Shown piece by piece: positions 38,755 to 48,055 of a DNA stretch of 61,342 nucleotides. The notes under the pieces were generated by a model that made no database searches, was not told where the DNA came from, and saw only the letters and a program-made list of their open reading frames with translations. This DNA is from Anaerolineae bacterium (GTDB taxonomy: Bacteria; Chloroflexota; Anaerolineae; E26-bin7), in the NCBI GenBank assembly GCA_041862415.1, contig JBGVTF010000036.1, positions 1-61,342 on the forward strand, written 5' to 3'. Position 1 is the stretch's first letter, and each line of letters starts with the position of its first letter. A program made the translations under genes and the position numbers.

Positions 38755-41700
38755 ATGACCAATAGTTTTCTCACCCCATTGCCACAGAAATCAATTCTCT
38801 CCCACCTTCAACTTAAAGGCCGTCAGGCTGAGGCTGCCACGACACGTGGGGTGGACGTGGCCGTCACCGCCGGAGCCGGTTCGGGCAAGACCCGTGCCCT
38901 GGTAGGGCGCTATCTCAGCCTGCTGGAAGAGGGCCAGCCGCTGCGCTCGCTGGTGGCTGTCACCTTCACTGAGAAGGCCGCCCGCGAGATGCGCTCCCGC
39001 ATCCGCAGCAGCATCGAGCAGTGGCTGGCTGAGGGCGTGGCTGCCGACCGCGATCTTTGGGAATCGGCCTTCGCTGAACTCGATGCGGCGCGCATCGGCA
39101 CCATCCACAGCCTGTGCGCCGCTATCCTGCGTGCTCACCCTGCCGAGGCCAACGTTGATCCGGCCTTCACTGTGCTGGAAGAGAACGCGGCCGCCGTACT
39201 AAAGTCCCGTGCGGTGGAGGCCGCCCTGGCCTGGGCCGTTAGTGAGCCCAACGCAGCGCGATTGTTCGGACTGCTCAGTGAGCATCGGCTGCGCGCCGCC
39301 CTGGCTTTTCTGCTCGAGCGGCGGCTTGATGCGGTGCCAGCCTTCGATGCGCTGGGCGACGAACGACTCGACCGTTGGACAGGTGAATTGGCGGCCTGGC
39401 TGGAGGCACGGCTGGGTGTACCAGTCTGGCTGGATTCACTCGATGTGCTGGGGGTAGTGCAGGCTCGCAAACCCGACGACAAACTGGAGGGAGCCCGCCG
39501 CGCGGTACTGTCTCGCTGGGCCGAGATTTGCGCCGCCTGCGCAGAGCAAGATTGGGATACTGTCTTCGCGGGCCTGATCGCGCTGCGGGACTCGATTTCC
39601 ACTGGCGGGGCCAAGGGCAACTGGGAAGCGGACGACTTGGCAGCAGCACGAGAGGCGATGTCCACGTTGAGAACGCATTACGACGGCGAAATCGCGCCGC
39701 TGGTCAGCAAGAAAAAGCCGGTCAGTTGGGCCCTCGACCGACAGGTCGCTGAGGCCCTGCCCGACTTGAATCGGCTGTTCGAGCAGGCCATCGCCGTGTA
39801 TCAGCAGTTAAAGGACGAAGGTCAAGCGCTGGACTTTGACGACCTGGAAATGCGGGCAGCGAGGCTCTTGACTGAGAATCCCACCGTGCGGGTGCGCTGG
39901 CAATCCGAGATCAGCGCCGTGCTGGTGGACGAGTTCCAGGACACCAATGAGCGCCAGCGTCGCATCGTCTACGCTCTGACAAGATTTCCCAAATCCCAAG
40001 CCCCAAATCCCAAATCCCAGGTCGGCTCTCTGTTCGTGGTGGGCGATGCGAAACAGTCCATTTATCGGTTTCGCGGCGCTGACGTGACCGTGTTCCGTCG
40101 CGTGCAGACCGACGTGGCTGAAGCCGGTGGGCAGCACATTGATCTGGATCTCACCTTCCGCCCTCACAAACCGCTGTTGACGGTAACCAGTGCCCTGCTC
40201 CGACCCATCCTCGGCACGCAGGACGAGCCAGCTCACCCTTACGCTGTGCCCTTTGCGCCGTTGCGCGCCTACCGACAGTCGCCCGCTGAGGGGATCCGTG
40301 AGCCATTTATCGAACTGCACCTGGGGATTGGCGGAGACGCCGACGAAGGGCGTCGGGCAGCCGCAGCCGGACTGGCCCGGCGGTTAGTGGAGCTTCACAC
40401 AAGTGAAGGCGTTGAATGGGGCCAGGTCGCTCTACTGTTCCGCGCCTCGACCCATTTCGGTGACTACGAGGACGCCCTGGAGTGGGCCGGCATTCCCTTT
40501 GTCACCGTCGCCGGGCGCGGCTTCTACGACCGGCCCGAGGTGCGTGACCTGCTCAATGCCCTGTCGGCTATCGCTGCTCCTGACGATGACCTGGCTTTGG
40601 CTGGCCTGCTCCGCTCGCCAGCCTTCGGCCTGACCGATGCGGCCCTGTACCTGTTGCGCTGGGGGCCAGACGGGGAACGCCGCCCGGTGTGGGCAGCGCT
40701 GAACGGCGACCTGGCCAGCCTCAACCCAATTGAGGCAGCACGGGCTGAGCGCGCACGACAGACTATCGCCAATCTGCACGAGCTAGTTGGCCGTGCGCCG
40801 GTGGCCGAGATCCTCAAGCGCTTTCTTGACGCTACCCATTACCGCGCTGCCCTGCGCCTGGTCTCCGGGGGCGAGCGTCTGCGCCGTAACCTGGACAAGC
40901 TGCTGGCAGACGCTCACCGTAGCGGGCTGGTCAGCGTGAGTGAGTTTCTGGAGTATGTGCGGGCGCTGCGCGATGTGGGGGCCCGTGAGAGCGAGGCGCC
41001 TGTCGAGGCTGGTGGGGCGGTGCAGTTGATGACCGTCCACAAAGCCAAAGGGTTAGAGTTCCCTGTGGTAGTGATCGCCGATGCGGCTCATGGAAAAGGC
41101 AGTGTCAGGCCCGCTGTTCTCATCGAATCCGATCTGGGGGTACTGCTCGATGTGCGTGAAGACGACGCCCGCCCGGCGATGCACCAATTGGCTGCACTGC
41201 GCCACTCGGCCATGGAGGAGGCCGAGGACAAACGGCTGCTGTACGTCGCCGCCACCCGGGCCAGGGAGAAGCTGCTGATCAGCGGGCACGTCAAGGTCAG
41301 CTCGGCCAAGGCTGATCCAGGGCGATTGCTCTTAAGTGGCTGGCTGGCGCGTCTGGGTGAGGTGGTCGGGCTGAACGAGGTGCGCCTGCCCGAGGCGCCG
41401 ACGGCCCCGCAGCCCCTTGACTTGAACTGGGACGGTGGCCCGCTAGCCTGCTTGCTACATCCGCCGCTGGCAGAACTCGCAGCGGATTTCAAATCCGTCG
41501 TCTCTGGGCTTCAGGCGGCGCTGGACAGACTTCCTGCCGCTGTGCCCACAGATTTGTCTCTCCCACCTGATCTGGTGGCCCCCCTGGCTTTCGCCGCGCA
41601 CGACGGCGCCGGTTACAAAATCCAGGATCGCGAGAGTGATCCGCCGCCGCGTGTGTGGCGCGTCGTGCCCAAGGCGGTACGCCCGACCGGCCCGGCCTGG

Positions 41701-42195
41701 GTGGTGGGTACCCTCGTTCACGCTGCACTTCGCCGCTGGCGCTTCCCTGATGGCGAGGGCTTTGAAGCCTTCCTGCAGCCCTATGCCCTGGAGGCTGGCC
41801 TGACCGACAAGACCGAGATTGACAGGGTCGTCGCTGAGGCCCGCCGACTGCTGGCGCGCTTCCAGGCCCACCCGTTGTACGCCGAGATGGCCGCCGCCGA
41901 CCGATACCACGAGGTGCCCTACAGCGTGACTCTGGACGATGGCCGGCGCAGTGGCCTTATTGATCTGCTCTACCGGACCGACGAGCGCTGGACCATCGCC
42001 GAGTTCAAAACCGACCGTCTTGAAGATGAGGCAGAGATGAGCGCACGCATCTGTGAGGAGAAATACGACGAGCAAGTGCGCGGTTACGTCCAGGCCGTAA
42101 CTCAGCAGCTAGGAGAGCAACCACGCGCCTTGCTCGTGTTCTTGAATGTGGGGCGTCAGGTGCGCATCGTGCCGTGCAGCTTGGGATGTGGTTAG
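38755..42195 (+). CDS. UvrD/PcrA-type SF1 helicase fused to a C-terminal PD-(D/E)xK nuclease (AddA/RecB-like)
   Basis: 1146 aa. Walker A is AGAGSGKT, motif II is LVDEFQDTN and motif III is VVGDAKQSIYRFRGA, followed by MTVHKAKGLEFPVV. The C-terminal nuclease motif is GLIDLLYRTDERWTIAEFKTD. Confidence 0.85.
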   Translation: MTNSFLTPLPQKSILSHLQLKGRQAEAATTRGVDVAVTAGAGSGKTRALVGRYLSLLEEGQPLRSLVAVTFTEKAAREMRSRIRSSIEQWLAEGVAADRDLWESAFAELDAARIGTIHSLCAAILRAHPAEANVDPAFTVLEENAAAVLKSRAVEAALAWAVSEPNAARLFGLLSEHRLRAALAFLLERRLDAVPAFDALGDERLDRWTGELAAWLEARLGVPVWLDSLDVLGVVQARKPDDKLEGARRAVLSRWAEICAACAEQDWDTVFAGLIALRDSISTGGAKGNWEADDLAAAREAMSTLRTHYDGEIAPLVSKKKPVSWALDRQVAEALPDLNRLFEQAIAVYQQLKDEGQALDFDDLEMRAARLLTENPTVRVRWQSEISAVLVDEFQDTNERQRRIVYALTRFPKSQAPNPKSQVGSLFVVGDAKQSIYRFRGADVTVFRRVQTDVAEAGGQHIDLDLTFRPHKPLLTVTSALLRPILGTQDEPAHPYAVPFAPLRAYRQSPAEGIREPFIELHLGIGGDADEGRRAAAAGLARRLVELHTSEGVEWGQVALLFRASTHFGDYEDALEWAGIPFVTVAGRGFYDRPEVRDLLNALSAIAAPDDDLALAGLLRSPAFGLTDAALYLLRWGPDGERRPVWAALNGDLASLNPIEAARAERARQTIANLHELVGRAPVAEILKRFLDATHYRAALRLVSGGERLRRNLDKLLADAHRSGLVSVSEFLEYVRALRDVGARESEAPVEAGGAVQLMTVHKAKGLEFPVVVIADAAHGKGSVRPAVLIESDLGVLLDVREDDARPAMHQLAALRHSAMEEAEDKRLLYVAATRAREKLLISGHVKVSSAKADPGRLLLSGWLARLGEVVGLNEVRLPEAPTAPQPLDLNWDGGPLACLLHPPLAELAADFKSVVSGLQAALDRLPAAVPTDLSLPPDLVAPLAFAAHDGAGYKIQDRESDPPPRVWRVVPKAVRPTGPAWVVGTLVHAALRRWRFPDGEGFEAFLQPYALEAGLTDKTEIDRVVAEARRLLARFQAHPLYAEMAAADRYHEVPYSVTLDDGRRSGLIDLLYRTDERWTIAEFKTDRLEDEAEMSARICEEKYDEQVRGYVQAVTQQLGEQPRALLVFLNVGRQVRIVPCSLGCG
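39988..40022 (+). repeat. heptanucleotide tandem repeat CCCAAAT-like x5 inside the helicase CDS
   Basis: cccaaat cccaagc cccaaat cccaaat cccaggt encodes FPKSQAPNPKSQV and lies between helicase motifs II and III. Confidence 0.8.
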
Positions 42196-43280
42196 GGCTC
42201 GATGACAGCCTTGACCACCTTGAGTTCTTCCACGTCAGCCAGGGCCTGGTTGGCCTCTTCCAGGCTGTATTTGCGGCTGATGAATCGCTCGTAGCCAAAG
42301 CGCTCCCCGTGTTTGGCCAGCACCTTCACCCCGCGGTACAGGTGGCTAAAGTCGGTGCCCCAGCAACCCCGTATCTCGAGATGCTTCCTGTTGATATCCC
42401 AGTGGGGGTTGATCTCGACCGTCCCGGCGTCGGTGTACTGACCCACCACCACGAAGCGGCCATTGTCTCGGGTCATGTGCATCCCCTCCCGCACGGCCGC
42501 CGGGTTGCCCGTGGCTTCGATGGTCACGTCAGCCCCGCGTCCGCTGGTCAGTTCCCGCACAAGGGCTACCCGCTCCTCCGGCCCGTACTGCTCGATGTCC
42601 ACAACGTGGTCGGCCCCGACGGCCAGGGCCATCTCCAGGCGCGCCTGAGGTGCGCCGAGCACGATGACCTGGGTGGCCCCGGACAGTTGGGCCAGGATGG
42701 CCGCGCTCAGCCCCACGGGGCCGCTGCCCTGCACGGCTACACTGTCGCCCAGTTGGACCTGGGCCCGTTCCAGGGCATGGACCGCCGTGGGCAGGCCACA
42801 GCCAGCGGCAATGAACCGCTCTGGTGTCAACTCCTCCGGCAGCCTGATGACCCTGACCCCTGGCTTGAGGTAGATGGCCTGGCTCCACCCACCCAACAGT
42901 CCTTCGTCGGCCGAGTAGGTGATGCCGTAGACCCTGCGGCTGGGACACCTGGTAGACGCTTTGGCGACGAGGCAAAACCAACAACTTCCACAGGTCTCGT
43001 GGACGTCGAGGAAGGTGACCACGTCACCCTCGTGCAGCGCGTTGCCTTCCACATCCATCACCTCTCCCGCCAGGCGGGCAATGCGCCCCACGCTGACGTG
43101 TCCAGGGATGATGGGGTAAGGCACCCCTGCCAGGTGCCCGTGGTGGAGATGCACATCGGTGCCGCACACCTCGCTGTAGATCGTCTCCAGCAGGATAGCC
43201 CCCGGTTCCAGTTCTGGCTGGGGGAACTCTTGCACCTCCAGCGGTTTTTTAGGAGCATCCATGACAGCGGCTTTGACCAT
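42192..43280 (-). CDS. zinc-dependent alcohol/polyol dehydrogenase (MDR superfamily)
   Basis: 362 aa. It has EVCGTDVHLHHGHLAGVPYPIIPGHVSVG (catalytic Zn), a structural Zn Cys cluster (CGSCWFCLVAKASTRC) and the Rossmann motif VQGSGPVGL. It is the only minus-strand gene in the window. Confidence 0.85.
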   Translation of the reverse strand: MVKAAVMDAPKKPLEVQEFPQPELEPGAILLETIYSEVCGTDVHLHHGHLAGVPYPIIPGHVSVGRIARLAGEVMDVEGNALHEGDVVTFLDVHETCGSCWFCLVAKASTRCPSRRVYGITYSADEGLLGGWSQAIYLKPGVRVIRLPEELTPERFIAAGCGLPTAVHALERAQVQLGDSVAVQGSGPVGLSAAILAQLSGATQVIVLGAPQARLEMALAVGADHVVDIEQYGPEERVALVRELTSGRGADVTIEATGNPAAVREGMHMTRDNGRFVVVGQYTDAGTVEINPHWDINRKHLEIRGCWGTDFSHLYRGVKVLAKHGERFGYERFISRKYSLEEANQALADVEELKVVKAVIEP

Positions 43281-43512
43281 GATTTGAATCCTCCCTTCTC
43301 TGTTGTACCCCTATTATATCACAGGTAGCGGAAATCGGTAACAGAGGACGACCTCTTGGGCCACTTTTACGGGCGCAACCTCCCGTTTCAGCCTGCCTGC
43401 CTGTCCCCAATATGGAACGCTTACAGAGAGCATGTGCGGCGATGTGAGTGTTCCAAGTTTGGTGAAACACATTGAGTAAACTGCCCTATCCTCTTGTTGT
43501 ATCCACTGGCTC

Positions 43513-43541
43513 TTGACAAATAAGCAAAAATGTGCTATTAT
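43513..43541 (+). promoter_or_regulatory. near-consensus sigma-70 promoter TTGACA-17-TATTAT overlapped by operator-like repeats
   Basis: TTGACA is at 43513-43518 and TATTAT at 43536-43541. The inverted repeat GAGCATAA (43544-43551) / TTATGCTC (43561-43568) and the direct repeat TATATGAGC (43539-43547 and 43570-43578) follow immediately. Confidence 0.5.
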
Positions 43542-43629
43542 ATGAGCATAAACAATCTTATTATGCTCGTATATGAGCGGATAGTTGAGCATACCTGACA
43601 AGTGGGATTATTTAAATGGTGAGAAAGAC

Positions 43630-44430
43630 ATGTTACTGAACACAGAAAGGCAGCAACAGATTGTACAATTCATCAGGGAACGCAAGCGAGCTACTGTTGC
43701 AGAATTAAGTGAGCGCTTCGGTGTCAGCGAGGCCACCATCCGGCGTGATCTGGAGAAGCTGGACGGCCAAGGGGAAATCCGACGTGCTCACGGTGGAGCC
43801 GTCACCGTGGAACGGGCAGCCCCAGAGCCTCCGGTGGTGCACAGAATGGTGGAGAACCAAGAAGAGAAGAGAAGGATTGGGCAGGCGGCTGCCCAACTCG
43901 TCCAGGATGGTGACGTCATCTTTTTGGGCTCAGGGACCACCACTTTGGAAGTAGCTCGCAACCTGGACGGCAAAGAGAACTTGACCGTGATCACCAACGC
44001 CCTCAACATCGCTAACCAACTAGCAGGCAAACAGAATATCACGGTGATCGTCACAGGTGGGCTCCTTCGTCACTCAGAGTTGTCGCTGATTGGTCATCTC
44101 ACCGAACAGGCGTTAAAGGAACTGCGCGCCGACAAGGTCATCATGGGGATGAGAGCCATCAGCATCGACGAAGGCCTGACCAATGATTACCTTCCTGAAA
44201 CCAAGACCGATAGAACCATTATCCAGTTCGCTCCAGAGGTGATCCTGGTGGCCGATCACAGCAAGTTTGGCAAGGTTTCCACCGCCTTGGTAGCGCCCAT
44301 CACCAGTGTCAACAAGATCGTGACTGACGCAGGCACCCCACCCCAAGTCGTGGCGGACTTGAGGGCCATGGGCATAGAGGTGATCGTAGCGCCAGATGTT
44401 GAACCAGAGGGCCAGCAGCTTCAAGCCTGA
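43630..44430 (+). CDS. DeoR-family transcriptional regulator
   Basis: The N-terminal HTH is RQQQIVQFIRERKRATVAELSERFGVSEATIRRDLEKL, followed by a DeoR C-terminal sugar-binding fold (IFLGSGTTTLEVA...DKVIMG). The ATG at 43630 is preferred over 43585. Confidence 0.85.
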   Translation: MLLNTERQQQIVQFIRERKRATVAELSERFGVSEATIRRDLEKLDGQGEIRRAHGGAVTVERAAPEPPVVHRMVENQEEKRRIGQAAAQLVQDGDVIFLGSGTTTLEVARNLDGKENLTVITNALNIANQLAGKQNITVIVTGGLLRHSELSLIGHLTEQALKELRADKVIMGMRAISIDEGLTNDYLPETKTDRTIIQFAPEVILVADHSKFGKVSTALVAPITSVNKIVTDAGTPPQVVADLRAMGIEVIVAPDVEPEGQQLQA

Positions 44431-44455
44431 GGGGTGAAAGGGAGAGAATCAAGCA

Positions 44456-45514
44456 ATGACACAAAGAGGACAGCACACCTGGATTGAGATCACTGGGCAG
44501 CCGGAGGCCTGGCGCGCGACCTTGAAGGTCTTCACCGCTGATCGGACAGCGCTGGATGATTTCCTGGCCCAAACGGACTTTACGCAGATTCTCGTCGTGG
44601 GGTGTGGGTCCACGCACTACCTGGCCCAGACGGCTGCTGCTATCCTCACTCGTCGAACTCGTACCCCTGCCTATGCCCTTCCCTCCTCCGAACTGTGGCT
44701 CTTCCCTGACACAGCCCCCTCTGATCGGACACTACTCCTCGCTGTTTCTCGCTCTGGGACGACAACAGAGACGCTACGGGCGCTGGAACGCTTCAGAGAG
44801 ACCCACGGCGGGCCCGTTCTGGCCATCACTTGCTACCCCGAAGGCCCTCTGGTCCAGCAGGCCGACTTTGCGCTGGTCACCCCGGCCGGGCAGGAACGGA
44901 GCGTCGCTCAGACCCGCTCCTTTACCAACATGCTCCTCCTCACCCAGGCTCTGGTTGCCACCTTGGCCCACGACGAAGGGATGTTAGAGCACCTGCAGCG
45001 GCTTCCCGATGCTCTGGAAGACCTGGTAGCCCGGCTGGGAGATTTGCCCCAACGACTGGGGACAGACCTGGACATCGAGCGGGTCTTTTTCCTCGGCGGT
45101 GGCCCGCTCTACGGGCTGGCCAACGAGGCAATGCTCAAGACGAAAGAGATGTCCCTCTCTTACGCCGAGGCCTACCACCCCCTGGAGTTCCGCCACGGGC
45201 CGATGTCTATGGTGAACGAGCACACATTGACAGTAGGATTACTCTCGGATACAGGCCTGGCGGAGGAACTCCGCGTGCTGGAGGATATGCAGGGACTAGG
45301 GGCTCGCACGCTGGCATTGGTCGAGGATGGTTCGGCGTTCTCCGGCTGGCGGGCCGACCACATCGTCGAAATGTGCAGCGGTCTGGACGAGTGGGTGCGT
45401 GGGCCGCTCTACCTCCCGGTGCTCCAGCGCATGGCTTATCAACGAGCGTTAGCAAAAGGACTAAACCCAGACCGACCGCTTAATCTTGAAGCAGTGGTGA
45501 CGTTGGATGAGTAA
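44456..45514 (+). CDS. double-SIS-domain sugar-phosphate isomerase/deaminase (AgaS/GlmS C-terminal-like)
   Basis: 352 aa with VVGCGSTHYLA, LLLAVSRSGTTTET and a second SIS half (FLGGGPLYGLANEAMLKTKE). Confidence 0.8.
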   Translation: MTQRGQHTWIEITGQPEAWRATLKVFTADRTALDDFLAQTDFTQILVVGCGSTHYLAQTAAAILTRRTRTPAYALPSSELWLFPDTAPSDRTLLLAVSRSGTTTETLRALERFRETHGGPVLAITCYPEGPLVQQADFALVTPAGQERSVAQTRSFTNMLLLTQALVATLAHDEGMLEHLQRLPDALEDLVARLGDLPQRLGTDLDIERVFFLGGGPLYGLANEAMLKTKEMSLSYAEAYHPLEFRHGPMSMVNEHTLTVGLLSDTGLAEELRVLEDMQGLGARTLALVEDGSAFSGWRADHIVEMCSGLDEWVRGPLYLPVLQRMAYQRALAKGLNPDRPLNLEAVVTLDE

Positions 45515-45660
45515 TCAGGAATGGGGAGAACTTTTCAACGATTGTACACGATGCTGACTGCGCGAGCTGAGTGAAGAGGTGACCGGAGCATCTTCCTCCA
45601 GCCAGCGATCTGGCGCCAAAAAAGAAGTAAAGCCATCAACCGATCAAGAAGGAGATTCAA

Positions 45661-45942
45661 ATGCGCATTGCAACATTGTGTGGCATGGGATTCGGCACCA
45701 GCATGATGCTCAAGCTGTTCATCGACGAGATCTTGAAGGATCTGGGGATGAAAGCCGAGGTGGTGCCCTGGGACTTGGGCACCTTCAAGGGGCAGCAAGC
45801 CGACATCGTAGTGGCCCCCACGGACATGGAGATGCACCTTAGGAGCACATCGGCCAAGGTGGTGCTCATCAGGAATTTGCTTGACAAGAAGGAGTTACGC
45901 GACAAACTGCTACCCGCTCTAGAAGAATCTCGGGGTTCGTAG
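45661..45942 (+). CDS. PTS EIIB component, L-ascorbate (UlaB/SgaB) type
   Basis: 93 aa. MRIATLCGMGFGTSMMLK carries the phospho-Cys loop. The gene is adjacent to a UlaA-type IIC gene. Confidence 0.8.
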   Translation: MRIATLCGMGFGTSMMLKLFIDEILKDLGMKAEVVPWDLGTFKGQQADIVVAPTDMEMHLRSTSAKVVLIRNLLDKKELRDKLLPALEESRGS

Positions 45943-46138
45943 GCACCCATCCGCCGGAATAGAGGTCAGGCCGAAGACTTCTAGTCCTTTCGACTAGCCA
46001 GGAACCAATAGCTCCGCCTCGCACAGGGCACGAATATTGGGAGCTGTTGGGTCAAGGGAAGGGGGTGATAGATGAACTGTGGTGGTTAGTGTTTTTACCA
46101 TTCCTGTCAGTGCCGATTCTTGCTAAGGAGGTAAATCA

Positions 46139-47428
46139 ATGTTTCAGTTAATCTTGGAATTGGTCACGACGCCTGCAGTCATCTTAGGCTTGATGGCCTT
46201 GGTAGGCCTGCTCATCCAGCGCAAGAGCGCAGGCGAGGTCCTCAGCGGCACGCTGAAGACCATCTTGGGCTTGCTCATCATGAGCGTGGGCATCGGAGCC
46301 TTGATCAACGCCCTGGTCCCCATCCAGCAGATGTTTACCCAGGCCTTCAAGATCGAGGGCTTTGTGACCTTCGATGAGGCATGCGTCACCGCCGTGCAGA
46401 CCGCGAATGTGGGTCGCGTCGCCGGGGCCATTGCCCTGACGATGCTCTTCGGCTATATCCTCCACATTCTCTTGGCCCGCTTCACCCCCTGGAAGTACAT
46501 CTACCTGACGGGGCACATGATCTGGATCCACGCTGGCGCTTTTGCCATACTCTACCACTCCTTCGGCCTGCCCTTTTGGCTGGTGGTGGTCCTGGCTTCC
46601 ATCACTGATGCCCTGTACATGACCCTGGCCCCAGCTTTGGCCCAGCCCTTCATGCGCAAGATTACGGGCTCGGATGAGATCGCCTTTGGCCATGGCCAAA
46701 CTCTGCTGAACGTGACGGGCGGCTGGCTGGGCGGGCTGGTGGGCAACCCGGAGGACAGCGCCGAGGAGTTGAAGCTGCCTGAGGGCCTGGCCTTCTTCCG
46801 CGACATGTCCATCTCCATCTCGCTGATCATGCTAGTCGTAGTCATCGTGGCCATGATCTTCGCAGGGCCGACCTTTGTGACCGAACTCAGCGAGGGCCAG
46901 AACTGGATCGTCTTCTCCATTCTCCAGGCCCTGGGCTTTACCGCCGGCGTCCTGGTCCTGATCCAGGGAGTGCGCATGCTGATCGCTGAGATCGTGCCGG
47001 CCTTCAAGGGCATCGCCGATGTAATCGTGCCTGGCGCCAGGCCTGCCCTGGATTGCCCGGTGATCTATCCCTTTGCGCCCGTCTCCCTGATGATTGGGCT
47101 GATCACCGGCAGCATCGCGCAGGTGGTGGCCATCGCCATCCTGGGCGTTCTTGGCTGGCCCATCCCCATCCCCAGCATGATCGCCGCTTTCTTCGCCAGC
47201 GGCTCAGGGGCTATCTTCGGCAACGCCTATGGTGGCAAGTGGGGGGCTATCATCGGCGGTTTCTGGTGGTGCTTCGCCGGGTGGTTCATGATCAGCATCG
47301 GCTATCAGCTCCAAATCTTCGGCAACCTGGCGGGCATGGGTGCGGAAAGCTTGTTCTTTACCTGTCCCGATGCCATCCTGCCAGCTTTCGTTATCTGGGG
47401 CATCGCCAAGCTCTTCGGACTCCCATAG
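46139..47428 (+). CDS. PTS EIIC component, L-ascorbate (UlaA/SgaT) family
   Basis: 429 aa and polytopic. The N-terminus is MFQLILELVTTPAVILGLMALVGLLIQRKS...LKTILGLLIM, and the protein shows family-typical length and organisation. Confidence 0.85.
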   Translation: MFQLILELVTTPAVILGLMALVGLLIQRKSAGEVLSGTLKTILGLLIMSVGIGALINALVPIQQMFTQAFKIEGFVTFDEACVTAVQTANVGRVAGAIALTMLFGYILHILLARFTPWKYIYLTGHMIWIHAGAFAILYHSFGLPFWLVVVLASITDALYMTLAPALAQPFMRKITGSDEIAFGHGQTLLNVTGGWLGGLVGNPEDSAEELKLPEGLAFFRDMSISISLIMLVVVIVAMIFAGPTFVTELSEGQNWIVFSILQALGFTAGVLVLIQGVRMLIAEIVPAFKGIADVIVPGARPALDCPVIYPFAPVSLMIGLITGSIAQVVAIAILGVLGWPIPIPSMIAAFFASGSGAIFGNAYGGKWGAIIGGFWWCFAGWFMISIGYQLQIFGNLAGMGAESLFFTCPDAILPAFVIWGIAKLFGLP

Positions 47429-47545
47429 TTGCTGAAGCTACGGGGCGTGCGCTCTCGCTCCAGTAGGGATTGGGGGCCAGCAGGGCCAGTACGATTTTCC
47501 GCTGGCCCCCTTTCCCCTGTGTTATCCACAGCCTTCCAAAGACTG
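47424..47545 (+). repeat. copy 1 of a structured intergenic element of about 120 nt (second copy at 55427-55548)
   Basis: It aligns without gaps to 55427-55548 at roughly 80-85% identity by eye. It contains the 10-bp inverted repeat GGGGGCCAGC-N19-GCTGGCCCCC. Confidence 0.8.
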
Positions 47546-47566
47546 CGAAAGGCGGAACCTTTGGTC

Positions 47567-48031
47567 ATGGCCGCTGGCTTACTGGATTTGCTGAACGAAA
47601 CAACGATCAGGCTGGATGCGGAGGCCGCCGATTGGCCGGAGAGCATTTGCTTGGCTGGGGCGCTCTTGGTGGACATCGGCGCAGTTTCGCCCTCCTACGT
47701 TGATGCCATGGTGAGAGTCGTAGAGGAGCTTGGTCCCTACATGGTGGTAGCCCCCGGCATTGCCTTGGCCCATGCCAGGCCAGAGGACGGGGTGAAACGG
47801 ATGTGCATGAGCTTGGTAAGGCTGACTTCCCCGATCGAGTTCGGCTCTGAGGCCAATGACCCCGTGGACTTGGTTTTCGCTTTTGGAGCTGTGGACAAGG
47901 AAGCCCATCTTCATGCTTTAAAGGACCTGGCTACGTTCCTGCAAGAAGAGCAGGCGGTGTCTGCCCTTCGCCGATGTGATAGCGTTGAAAAAACGGTTCG
48001 GTTGATCAAGGAGTACAGCCAGGAGGCTTAG
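47567..48031 (+). CDS. PTS EIIA component (type 2, mannitol/fructose/ascorbate class)
   Basis: VAPGIALAHARPEDGV carries the phospho-His loop, and DPVDLVFAFGAVD is present. The ATG at 47567 follows gaaaggcgg; the ORF upstream of it overlaps the repeat element. Confidence 0.8.
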   Translation: MAAGLLDLLNETTIRLDAEAADWPESICLAGALLVDIGAVSPSYVDAMVRVVEELGPYMVVAPGIALAHARPEDGVKRMCMSLVRLTSPIEFGSEANDPVDLVFAFGAVDKEAHLHALKDLATFLQEEQAVSALRRCDSVEKTVRLIKEYSQEA

Positions 48032-48055
48032 GGGGATCTCAACGGAGCAAATCAA

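Noticed and set aside
42174-43328. 384-aa + strand ORF
   Set aside because: It is the mirror ORF of the minus-strand Zn-dehydrogenase (42192-43280), whose translation has clear MDR motifs. The + strand translation is low-complexity and matches no family.
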